A DNA stretch of 64,000 nt, from assembly GCF_964204645.1 (NCBI RefSeq), contig NC_134025.1, positions 27,136,299-27,200,298 of the forward strand, in the 5' to 3' direction. The translations under genes were made by a program, and so were the position numbers. Positions within the stretch are counted from its first letter, which is position 1, and the number at the start of each line of letters is the position of its first letter. The DNA is from Tubulanus polymorphus (lineage: Eukaryota > Animalia > Nemertea). Under the pieces are notes generated by a model, which ran no database searches, was not told where the DNA came from, and worked only from the letters and a program-made list of their open reading frames with translations. Shown here piece by piece: positions 17,674 to 31,200 of the stretch.

Positions 17674-20021
17674 TGAGAATTGATGTTTGTATATAGATAG
17701 AAATTTGTAAAGCAAAAATTGTTTGATTATTAGACATATGATCATCATAATTTAAGTAAACTTATTCTGATTCTTTACTAGTCGTTAATCTCAGATCTGT
17801 ACGCTGCGTTTACTCTTGTTGAGTTCTTTTCTGAAAAGGTAACGAAATGCGCTGGTTTTAGTGTGTCATATGACTCAAATGCGTTTACAATACAAGATCG
17901 GCATTTGTTTGGTTTTCTAAACAGCCAGCAGCTAGTACCAGTATTACATGCAATTGTAAAAATAGGTTACATGCATTTCATACAAATCACTGATTTTTGG
18001 TAAGCTATCTTTCATACATGTGTAATTGTTCACTTATCTGTCATAATGATACTATTATCGGGTAGTCTATCTTATATCTACTGAGGCATTTGGCAACGTG
18101 TAGTTTTCTGAAGATATGCAGAAGATCAATCGGTGGTTGTGCGAACATCTCCAGAAAATGGAACAAATTTTAACTGATGGTCTTTTTAGGAAATAACTTG
18201 TGTAATTTATTATTTCTGCTATTCACGTATTAGTGATGGTGCTATTATTATGTTTTATTTATTTATTTCCTATAAATGCTTTTATAAATCTATGTTGAGT
18301 TAATGATCTATGTTATGATATGTCTGTTATGAAGCGTTGCTCGCTTCATCTTAAATATGTAGTTAGCATTCACTAAACTAAGGTACATATGGTAACCAAA
18401 AGGTACAGCTATGTAACTAGATGTGGATATACTATAGGTTTGATTAACTTAGTTATTTTTTCTCCGTAAAGGCGTCTATACAGTGTCCTTTTTGATAAGG
18501 GGCAATCAATATGTATAGATTAAGCAGCCAGCATTATAGGGCGTTCCAATACAGGGGAATCCAATTACAGCAGATATTAAAGCATCAATTATTGTATCAC
18601 GGAATTAATTACTTTTTCTCTTATTTGAATCCCCAACTTGATATTCAGTTTGTGACATCATTAGTTGACTATAAATGCTTTATCCAACTGTAGTTCCATT
18701 TCAATTCTTACATCACTCAAATTGAACCAAAAATATATAGTTAACTTCGAATGTTTTTGATTATGCCACATATCACCTGCTGTACGTACATACATAACTG
18801 TGGTATCATACTGGTCGAAGATTTGTATTCTATGTGACCATTTTATGGTCTGTCCGTATTTATGTTAGCATGAGGGTTTAATTAAGCTGTCAGTTGTACA
18901 ACATCGTACGTGAATGCATTCCTTTTATGTTGTAAAATGATGAATTGATGATTTTTGTTCGCTGATTTTTCATATCATTTTGTATTTTTAATGCATTGTG
19001 AGTGAAAGCAAAAATTCATATGAATTTTTGGTGAAAGGCATTGATATCGTTTCTCGCAAATACGGATAAAGAAACCTTTGCGTTGGCTTACTACTCGATG
19101 TATAATGTATGTATGTTTCATTGGATTGGGATCAAGGGGTCGGTTGAAACATGATGGTTAAGCATATTGACTTCCTATGCATTTGCATACTTTTTTTGCG
19201 TATTGATTGTGAGTTCAAAAAATGCCTGCGTTAATATACCGTAACACTACTGGAATTTAAATCCATCTGCTAACTATTTTTACATGCCTTGTGTATATTG
19301 TTCGCGTTTGAAAGAGAAAAGTCTGCCCCAATATTTTCCTAACGAAAGAGAAACTTCAATTTTAAACTGTTTGATAAACGTGTAGATCGGTGAATGTTTT
19401 TAGATTTTATAACCAGTTGTCGAATTTTACATCTATATGAGCATCACCTTGGACAGCAACACCATTTTATATTCATGTTGTTGTAAAATTGATGTTGTGT
19501 AGAAAATACTATTCATAAGACTTAAATTTGTCGGAAGTAATGACACCAAAATGAATAGACTGTTACAAGCATACATTATATACTTCTTATGACGTACAAT
19601 GTCAGCTATAACTTGTAAGATAAACTATTCTTTAAATTGACGTGAACAATGATAGTTTTAATCTTGATATTTTCGTGCTTGATAATCTCATATTTTTATT
19701 TAGGTTGAATTCTACTTCTTTATATCTATACATCGAGCGCATTAGGACAAAACATTGAGTCTACATAGGTTCATTCAGAATAATCTGATTTCTTAATCAT
19801 TTCAACGACGGTTTCCCGATTATTACCATACAACATAAACGTTAACTAAAACCAAGAATTGCTGGTTTGAATATTTCAAAAACATATCTGATGTAAAAAT
19901 TTGCTGATTAGTGATTATTCCCGAGTGATTGTGTTTTGTCTTCTCGCTCTGTTTGTTCAATTGCCTGATTATATTTTTTTTCTATTTAACTTGTGTTTTG
20001 GGATTATGTGATATTGTCTTG

Positions 20022-20027
20022 AATAAA
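20022..20027 (+). terminator. Candidate distal poly(A) signal of MAN1A (would give a ~2.35-kb 3'UTR)
   Basis: AATAAA at the end of a long T/GT-rich tract following the MAN1A stop. Confidence 0.4.
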
Positions 20028-22206
20028 TAAGATTATTTCTTTATATGCCCCGAGTTTTAATTCGTCATTTCTACGCCTGCCTCAGAAACGACTGTGAGAC
20101 AAGTTAGTGTTACGCATCTTAATTGACGCGAACCCGCATACATCACCCGGAAAAATGATTTCAAAGTAAATTCTGATCCTCGTAAACGATGACTCACCAC
20201 TTAATTACTGCGATTTTCGCTTTGAACTGGTTATCAATCGGTACTAAATGAATCGTTGCCAATTAAATATGGATTTTTCATGCTGAATTTGGCACTTCAA
20301 CATATCGTGCACATTTAATGAACCAATATTTTCGGTCTTTGATGTCAAAGTGATAAGACGATCATATACACTGATAAGCCGACATCTATTCGATATAGAT
20401 ATATAGATATAATACGGAAATTCAAGACGTTGGATTCTCGGTTCTATCGATCGGGTGGTTCGTCTGCATTTCCTAGATTGTCAGATAAGGTTATTAGTGA
20501 AAATGGATCATTGTTGAAAGATGAAATCTGAGATCTAATAACGGGTAGGTAGGATTTAGATTCTATTTTATGTTCGAGGAAAAAGATCATTTCAAATTAT
20601 TTTGAAAACCTCGAATGGTTTGGTTGTCTCCTAAACCCCCACGATACCATGTAGCAATTGCCTAGTACTGGTCGGATCCATAGGCTCTTCCAGAAAATAT
20701 GACTTCCAAAAAATATAGCTTTTAGAAGGTCCAATCGCAGTAAGCCATTTCAGAGTGGGTTTTGGGTGCAGACATCTTTTGTGGAATACGTACCATGTAA
20801 TGCAGTTGATTTATGAATGATAAAGCATGCATCTGATGACGTACTTTCTCAAAGGAATATGAAGCGAGGTCTTAGGAGATCATGTTATTTGTTGAATTGA
20901 TGTAATCTATCATTATCAGGGTTAATATCAGTATGCCACAATACATACGTAGATATCTGCTGGTGTACACTACCAGACTGTCCTGTCGGGCAAAAAACAA
21001 TTTAATTTAGCTTAATTGATTGAATTAATGGACGAGTAATGCCTGCGGAGAATTTACAGTATAGAGTTGAGAATATCCATGGGGTAAACTGAAAAAAATG
21101 TGTATTTGTGAAATTGCTGAAACCCTTCTTAAATGCTACAGTCATCCCGAATTCATCATTAGTGCGTATGCGCCGTTGGTACTGTAGGAATTAATTAAAG
21201 ACGTGAATGAAATTGCCCTGACGGGGAATAAACATAGCTAACCCATCATTAACATTTGCACGAAGATAACGAGAAGGAATTGTAGCAAATAATAATATCG
21301 CACGCTCGGTTTAGCGACAATGTATGATTGCATGCACGCGGCCGAGAAAACGCTGCCTCCAGATAAGCTAAAAATTCCACTCGACTCAGTTTGGTTTACG
21401 CGTATGTACCATATTTGCAAAATGCCTAAGTATATTGACAGTGTCACTGGACGATGTGTATTTTCTGGACCTAGGATAAATACGATATGTTGTAAAAGTC
21501 AACGCGAAGTGAATAATTGACATATAGGATACAGAACCGTTTCCGATGAAAAACTTGGGAGTATATCGAGACATTTAACTATGCTTAGCTATATCAAGTG
21601 GGTAAAAACGGAGATTTCAGATAACGTAAATCTGCAGAGTTTCAAGATGCCGCGACAGAATTTCTAATGTTTGTTTAACGGTAAGACAATATTGAGTTTA
21701 ATCTCGACTAAGAAAACCTTGCGTATTTTCAAGTGGATCTTGGGAATCTGATACGTTGTTTACTCGGGAAGCGAGGCTAATTTACTGACGCTTTTGAAAG
21801 TCATCATGTTTTATGACTTTTATCAAAATTATCTCTGTTGACATTTTTTTTAAATCAGAACGTTACTGTAGTTGTATCACGGTTTGCGTAGTTTATTTTC
21901 CTTGTGCAAAAAAGACAAATTTCCATGTATTTCAACGTCAAAACATATACTATAGCGACAGCAACATATTTCATATCAACGAAAAGAGAATATTCATTAA
22001 TCAGTTTGATGAATGGTGACATTCTTGGCATCGCGGAATTCTCTAGTAGTATGATTTATCGCTCTCTTTAAGTCAAGATCCGTATGTTTGATTGTAAAAC
22101 GAGTTTATATCTCAATTCTAATAAATTGCTTCTCATACCGATGGATGCTGGTGCCATCTTCATTTCGTTTCGTTTATGTTTTAGTGAAGTAAGATTACAC
22201 GTCAAT

Positions 22207-25200
22207 ATGGATATCCTCACAGCCACTTATACCGGTAACATTGAAAACCTGGTCATATTACTCTCAAGTGACCGTGGGGTCAGTCAAATAGATACTCGGG
22301 ATCCAGTAAGGAAGTTTCCATCGAATCATCCGGCTAAATATTTCATATATATTTCGAACAATTTCAGAAGTAATGTTTTGTTGTTGTTATCTTATTATTC
22401 AAGGCCGGGCGCACAGCATTACACCTCGCGTGTAGAAAAGGACATAGGGACATCGGAGCGCTTCTTTTGCACAATGGGGCCAATACAGATGCGAGGGATT
22501 TGGTAGGCTTCTGCGTTACACGGAATAAGATATATGGCAGCAATGCATTTCTTAAGCCATAAATAATACGAGTTATGTTGTCTTCGCAAACAGTTTGGAT
22601 TACAAATAAGCACACACAAATATAATTGAAGATTTAGTCGCAGTTACATCTCGTTTCATCTGCAGTCTCGTTTGTGCCCCAGTCTTTTTAATTATACCCA
22701 GAATAATGACACTCACGTATGTCTATTTTTCCTTCTGCGTATAGTTTGGTATCACACCACTACAAGAGGCAGTTAAAGCAAGCAATAAAACCATGGTAAA
22801 AATGTTAATACGAGCTGGAGCAACTGTTCTCGAAAATAAAAAGGTTAGTTTATCGTAGAATGCGAGATGAACGTACGGGGAAAATCTCTGAAAAGATGAT
22901 TCTTTCGGAAAAATCATTACTAGAACGTTGAAGATATTTGGCGTTACGATATGATGTTAAGAAATGAACACGTAGCGATGAAATACCACGCTTTTGGGTG
23001 GAGGCGTTAATCTAAAGCTTTATTTTATCATAGCCAGCCATGAATAAATGTAATATTCATTTCAAATTTATTCAATAATATGCGCTTCACTTTTGAAAAA
23101 CCGACTCGTCTGATCATTTTTCTTTTTGATGTTCTAAGATTGCGTAACAATTCAAACGAAAGCAATGTCGTGTGCGATCTTATTTCTGCTTTCAGAACGT
23201 CAGAACTGTATTACACGACGCGTCTGAGAAAGGCGATACATCTATTTTAAGATATATTCTATCCGCCGGAATAAGCACGGATGTCCAAGATGAGGTAGTT
23301 TCCCAATCTATAACTGGCTGAATTAACTAGCTATGCGCTATTCACATGAACATAATGGTACTGAAGATACAGGAAACGTAAAGATAATGATTATAGTTTC
23401 ATTAATCATATATACATAGTGCCCTCTTTCTAGCCATATACATGCTATATCGAGCTAGGAGCTAAGGTTCAGACATTTCGGCCAACAAGTCCGTAGACGT
23501 GGGCTTTGCATATCGGAGTGATACAGTATTTCCCACAATCTTATTTCCGATGTACTTCCTCTGACGTGAATCTAATTTCATAAAGCGTTAATAGGATGCA
23601 ATTAGGATTTCCTCCGAGAATTTCACTGAATTTTCGTTATTTCAGAATAACAGAGGTCCTATTCACGAAGCGACTTTGCAGTCACATGGGCGTGTTATTA
23701 AAGTTTTATTGCAAAACAACGCGGACGTAAACCTAAAAGATACGGTATTTAATCTAGACACTTAAAGATAACCAAAACAACCTGATCTGCTATGACAGAG
23801 AACATTTAAAGATTACTTCTTACATATTCAGTATAGAACCAATTACTTGAACTAAACACTTACGGGGTATGATATCTTATATGCAGTGAAATGAATATTG
23901 TTTTTCAGGAAGGAAACACGGCCATGCATTTAGCTGCGATGGAAGATTCTGATGCGATCGTTAAACTGTTGCTGCTGTTCAAAGCCGATATTAATTCACA
24001 GAACAAAGTATAAATTCTATATCAAGCAATCACTTTGCTAAATATCAGAATTGCTCAGACATTATTCTGCTTTCACACATGAAACATATATAGTTCTGTG
24101 TTGTATTTACACCGGCCTGAGGGTAATATGAATATTTGCCACGCCTTGTTATCCTGGAAATATCAGGAAGCGAGGCTTAATTAGTATTGTTTGTTTCCAA
24201 GATTCTCGTGAATAATCAACTGCTTGGATCATCTTTCTTAGGATGGAGACTGTCCGCTTCATTTATCGACTGCAAAAAGCCACTTTCTCACTACGGAGGT
24301 TCTACTTACTAATCACGGAGCAGTCGATATTAAAAATAAGGTATGCGATCCCTTCCTCTCCGCATTGCTTTGATGCAACCGACACCAAAGCAATTATTCT
24401 CAATAGCCACAGAAGATGGTTCCAAGTGGTACAAGCACGCTAGCAGAAAACGAATACGGGGCGAAATTAACATCTCTCTTAAAAACATCGCATTCAAGCC
24501 ATCAGGCGTTCGTCATTGCCGTTTATTGAGAATTTTAAGTGCCATCTCTGCTGATCATTTATGTCTCAGATTTCATGTCTCATATGACCTAAAATGCGCT
24601 AAAAAATTCATGTCCGCAGGTTGGCGAAAGTGCATTCGACATCGCTGTTGGAACTGGGAAATTGAATATGGTTAAACTATATTTGAATATTCGTGCAGAT
24701 ATCAGACTACAAAACCAGGTAGAATTTCAATAAAAATTGCCGAAATCAACTCTGCTCATTTGGCCCATGTTCCAGACATGAACCCATTAATAATTCATGT
24801 ACTATTTCGTGATAGGAATATGAGTCAGTTTTGTGTCGAGCTGCTATCAACGGACATCTTGATCTTCTTTCCCAGTTGCTGAAACATGGGGCGAATATTG
24901 ATGGTCGAGACTCGGTAAGGACTTACATGATTCCAACTTCTTAAATCTTGATTTCATTTTCGACGGACAATGAGCAAATTTTTCGGGAATACCTGTTGAT
25001 AAAAATGCTGGCGTGGTTCGAAAATAATCATTATTTTCATCCGTGCGACACGAAAAACACATTTTCTATTCCCGTCGACAGTTTTGCGGAGTATTCCATC
25101 GCTTTCGTAAGTCAATTATATTTCTTCAATAACAGACTGGAGAGACTATTCTACACAAAGTAACTCGCAACGGAAACATCGATCAGTTGAAAATGCTGCT

Positions 25201-28200
25201 CAATCACGGAATTAATGTCGACATGGCGAATTACGTAAGCTAATTTCAAATTTCGGAGAGTAGAGGTATCCCTTCATCCTATCTGGCTCTCCGATCGCCG
25301 GAAACGGCTGCTTACTAAAACGTAATCTATCAATTTATCCAATTCTATTCGTCTGGATCAAGTCGTGCTAAACCACGTAGGTGGGAAGTGAAGAAATACA
25401 AGGACGTATAGTTATTAGCCATATTATAACCCTTCAACACACATCATGTTTGAAATTTATTTTTACAGGATGGTAAAACTGCTTTAATGGTTGCGGCGCG
25501 ACAAAACAGCATCGATTCGGCTGAGATTTTACTGAGTCATGGGGCGAATTCTTCCGTTCAAGATACAGTAAGCAGAATTTGATATCGGAATATTTAGATT
25601 CGAAGCATCATGCACTTTCTTTAAAACTAAACCCACGTGTAATATTTGAAAACCGTTCGCTTTGTAGACTGGCGAGACGGTTTGGCACATTGCCGTAAAA
25701 TGGAGACATTTCAAATTTGTTGACTTGTTGGTGGATAAAATGCAAGATGTAACTGTAACAGATAAGGTGAGTCGGTGTAGAAGGTAATCTAGTTTTCATG
25801 CTTGGTATAACTTTTTGTATTACGCTGGAAATGAAATGCATTTTAGGAAGGCCGAACTGCTCTACATATGATGGCATACCTCGGATACGAGAAATGTTTG
25901 AATTCGGTGCTGCATGGACGAATCGACATAGAACTGAAGGATCATGTGAGAATTCAGATTTCGAATATTTCATTAATCAAGAACATGTACCATATGAACT
26001 TGAATACCTCATTGCATTAGTTAAATCGTTTCAGGCCGGTTTGTCAGTTCTTGCGACGGCCGCGACAAAAGGCCACGTAGATACTTGTAAACTACTAATT
26101 AGATACGGCGCGAATATCAACTCTCAAGACAAGGTATTTACTGAAGTTAAATATATGAGCCTATTCTATCTAATTTCGAATTTAAAATTTGGTTTGAATA
26201 TTCTAGGATGGCAGCACTCCTCTCAAAATTGCTGGCTGTGGCGGCTACACGGATGTTGTCGATTTGTTGCTTCAATGCGGAGCCGATGCTAATATCGTTG
26301 ATGAGGTGGATTTCTTTTGAATTGTTATATGTAAGAATCAATCATTGATGTCTAGCTATTCTTCTCTATGTTTCAGGAATCCTACGCGCCGCTGCATTAC
26401 GCAACACTTAAAGGTTACTCTGATATAGTGAAATTGTTGGTAGAATATGGAGCTGACATCCACGTCACTGATAAAGTTGGTATTCCCAACTAAAATTTCT
26501 CTTTCAGGCGCTAAGTTCATGATAGGTTTTTATTACCATCATTATAATTGTTTATCTAAAAGGAAGGTAAAACGGCTCTCCGATTTGCCACAATTGAAGG
26601 GAGAACTTCACAAGCGGCTCTTCTGCTAGACCATAATGCCGATGTTAATGCGGTAGACAAGGTAGCGCATGATAATCAATGTCACTTCAAAAAGAAATGA
26701 ATTACTGATAAAAATAGTCTCCACGATGTCTTTGATGAACCTCCAATGATCAGTTAGTTGTTTGATCGTCGTTACAGGATGGAAGAACAGCCTTGCACGA
26801 AGCAGCCAAGGACAATTTGCACGATCTACTCCGTTTTCTGTTAAAGAAAGGATCTGAAATCAACGCCTCTGATAATGTAAGTGTAATAGCTTACTAATCT
26901 ATATCAAAATATTTTAACCTTATTTTATATATCCTCCGCATATGTTTGCAGGAAGGAAGAACGAGTTTACACGAGGCGACTCTAAATAGCTCCTACGAGT
27001 GTTTGCAAATACTGTTGAATAATGGAGCTACTGTAAATGCCTTGGATCTTGTAAGTTATATAACATCTGAAATGCTTTAGATTTAGAAATGGCTTCTCAA
27101 TTAATAATTTCTGTTTGAAGTGTGGCCGAAGTGCATTACACGAAGCAAGTCGACGTAATAGAGAAATTGCCGTACAAATGCTTATTAACCACGATGCGAC
27201 TGTAAATGTAAAAGACAAGGTATTTACATAGATACAGATCTTCCAACTCCAACAACATGTTTTTAATGCAAATATTTCATCTTGATATTTTTCACCTTTT
27301 AAGAACGGCTTGACGCCGCTCCACGAGGCGTCGATATCCTGTAAGGGCAGTTTAGACGTGATTGATGCTCTTCTATCAGCCGGGGCAAAACCAAATACCA
27401 AAGACAACGTAAATTAGAAAAAAATAATATCCAAAATACGAGATAACTGTAGTGTGGATTGAATTCATATCAATTACTAATTATTTGTATTTCAGGTAGG
27501 ACGAACGGCACTGATGGACGCTGCTTCGAGTAATAGTAAAAATAATGTGGTAATTCAAATGATGATCAAAGCCGGAGCGGATGTAAATCTGACAGATCAG
27601 GTAATGTATTCCAATGTCTAAGTTAGCTTCTAAGTTACACTATAACCTCTTACCAGTTTGGTTAGTATGACGCGTGTGTTTTTAGAACGGAAGGACGGCC
27701 TTGATGGACGCCTGCTCTAAAAGATTTTATGAGATTGCTCAAATTCTGCTAACCTTCGATTGCAAAATCAATATGACTGATTTGGTGAGTCCTGAGTGAA
27801 CATCGATATCATTTTCTCAACGAATAAATTTCCAATTTCATGGCAATCTAATCCACTTTCAGAATGGCAGAACGACGTTGCACGAGGCCGCGCGTAATGG
27901 TGATTTACACCTTGTAGAATTATTGATACAACAAGGCGCTGATATGAATATACAAGATAAGGTTAATTTAAGAACTTTGCTTACGATTCTTTTTTTAGAG
28001 GTCACACGTAGATTATTCGGATATGTATCATTCCTCTGTATTATCTCTTAGTCAAATCAGACGGTTTTACACAAAGTCATCAAATCCCAGGACCTCGAAG
28101 CGATAGTATGCGTGCTTAAAGCATGTCCCGATATCAACGTACAAGATGAGGTAGACTTTAATACGTACGGTAGCATCAGAATGATTTTGACAATTTAGTA

Positions 28201-31200
28201 TTGTTGTTGGTTTCTATTTGATGTTAATAGGATGGACGGACAGCATTAAGTTTAGCTATATTTCAAGGAGATCGAGAAGCAGTGGAACTACTGTTAGGAA
28301 TTCCCGAAATTGATGTCAATATCCAGAATAAGAGTGGACACACGGCCTTACACGAGGCAGCGAGACGTGAACAAGGCGTGATAAATCTGATAGATTTATT
28401 ACTGAGAACAAACATTGATGTTAATGCATACGATAAGGTATATGATAGAAATATTACGATAAAGAATATTGAGAAATAATATTCGCATCAAACATTTTAC
28501 TTCGTTTTAGTTTGGCAAAACCGCACTCAACTTTGCCACAGCGAGGGGCCATAAGAATGCCGTTTTACTTTTGGTACAAGGAGGGGCTCAAATTGTACCA
28601 GAAGACCTCAAATTTATCAAGGTATGAATACCTGTTCATGCTACCGAATAGTGTTTCTGAGGTTTATATTATGTTTTACATTGAAGGATGGTTTGGACGA
28701 TGTGTGTGCAGTTGCTAGATTCTGTGACGTTGAAGATGAAATATGGACAATAAATACAGCGTCTTGTGAAGAACTCTACCGTGAATTACGAAGCTCGAAA
28801 TGCGTTGAAATTGACCGTCTAACCATACAATCAGACGAATCTGAAGATTTAACTTTATTAATGGAAAATCTAGCTGCGAATGGAATTCACGCACATCAAA
28901 TATGCCTGGTAAACATACAAGGCTTTGTAAATGGTAGTCAACTCGCAAGATGTCAACCGCTTGTTGAAAGGTTAACATTAGTGAACTCAAGTATACGGCA
29001 TCCGGAAGCTTTGCGACACTTGGAATCTTTGTCAACTCTACGAATCATCGATTGTGGACTCCTAAAAATGATTGAAACAATTGAAATGCGCAGTCTTGAA
29101 GTTCTTGATATTAGCCATAACCGCGTACAAGTGTTGCCGAGGTCACTGTCCCAATCGAAGATGTTGAAAGTGCTAAGATGTAACCACAACTCTTTATTAC
29201 ACCTCCCCATGGATATTGGTCACTTGGCAGAGAGTTTGATCGAACTTCGGGTGCATACAAACAAGCTATCATCTCTTCCAGCTTCAATAGCAATGCTTTC
29301 AAAATTGGAATCATTTACATATCACAACAACAGGCTGCATAACATTCCCAGCGATTTACAAAATGCACCGTTTTCTGAAATCAAGAAGTACCTGAAAGCG
29401 TTATTAACCGATCCGGTTCCGAACACTACTGTTAAAATGCTGTTAGTTGGACAAGAAGGCGTCGGAAAAACAACCATGGTAAAAGCTTTAAAACGGCAGT
29501 CGTGGTTTTATGATGATCCAATGGAAGTTGGTAAAACAGATGGCATCGATATAAGCAGTTTCAAAATTGGAGATGTTACTTTACGATGTTTCGATTGTGG
29601 CGGCGATGCCGATTTCAATGAAACTCATAATTTCTTCATGACTTCCCAAACTATTTACCTAGCGTGTTTTAATCTGAGTGAATACTCGCTGACAACATTC
29701 GAAAGAAATAATCACATGCTCGGAAGACTTCAGTTATGGTTGCAGTATATATTCAGTAAAGCTCCCGAGAGTCGGGTGATAGTGGTTGGAACCCACGCCG
29801 ATCATCCATCGTTGAATCCAATTCTTCTTAACAAAATCTGGGAGCAAGTGCAGCATTTGTTAAATAGTTCACGTTCCGAGCACAACCGTATCTTCCGACG
29901 AAACGCTTGCCTTTCGGAATGTTTGATTTGCCAACCACCAAAACTCCTCAGTAGACAAGCAAAGAATTCTAGAACTGCTGGATTTGTTACACTGACAAAC
30001 CCACCTCCGATCGATACAGATGATGATGATGACGAGGAAGAGGTAGTTGATGATGACGTATTTCTGCAGTCGGAAAGTGAAGATTCTGAATATGAAGCAG
30101 AGACTATGTCCCGGCACGGTATATCAACATTTCCTCATGTTGTCGGTTACGTCGAAGTGAGCAGTATGAGAAAAGTTGGCAACCGTTTTTATAATTTCAC
30201 CACCAATGAAAGCATGGAAAACCTGAAACAGATTATAGAGCGACATGCTAGTGCGATCATCGAAGAAAATCCCACCATTCCAAAGCTATGGTTTACTATT
30301 AAGAATATCTTACACCGTGAAATAGGACAAGTGAACAGGGAACAATGTTACGTCAGTGTTGACAGGGTACGAGATGTTTATAGACAGTTCAACGGTCTGG
30401 ATGATGAGGATTTCAAGAATATGCTTCTTTTCTTCAAAAGCCAAGGAGATATCCTTTACTTTCCCAAAATTGAAGAAATAGCCAATTTGATAATTCTTGA
30501 TCCGATGTGGCTGGCAAAGAGGTTCTGTTCATTGGTTTCGTTCAAAGATACCGGATTAGAAGATGGATTTCTGGATCGTGAAAAACTCAATGAAACTTGG
30601 CCTGATATGATTCCTAAAGACCGAGATAAACTGCTTATATTGTTTCGTCAATTCGGTGTTTGTATTCCAATTGAAGGCTCAAATACTGAGATGTTTCCTT
30701 GTAAGTTACCACTTGGTGAACCGGACGATAGTCTGTGGCCACAAATTCCTAGTCCGGTAAGACTTCAGCTAACCTACGTGTTTCGTTTGGCGTTTGTACC
30801 GCCATCATTTTTCAGCACTTTGATTTACATGAACTTTAAAACCCGACACGCTTTTCCCGACTCTAATCCTCACACTTTTTCGCGATATCTATCGAATCAC
30901 ATCGTTGATATACTGTCCCTTACCGATGTTGGGTGTCAAGACTGCGAACATATGACCAAAGAAAATTGTGAAGAGGGACAAATTCATCGTGTCCACTACG
31001 AAATCCTGCCTCATCGCCGAGAATTTCACATAAGCGTAAGAGGACCACGACCATGTTGTATGATGAGAAACGTGAATGAAACTATAAACAAAGCCATATC
31101 TTGGTTTGAAGGGATGCAACCAGTTACGCTTGACGACTTAGCTTGCCCCATGTGTATATTTCAACATCGAGACGATATGCACATATTCTCAGCGCGTCAG

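Noticed and set aside
28624-28686. ATG at 28624 as the start of a stand-alone 1093-aa protein
   Set aside because: The ATG overlaps the GTATGA donor of the last ankyrin exon, and an in-frame AG at 28685-28686 joins the ORF to the ankyrin array.
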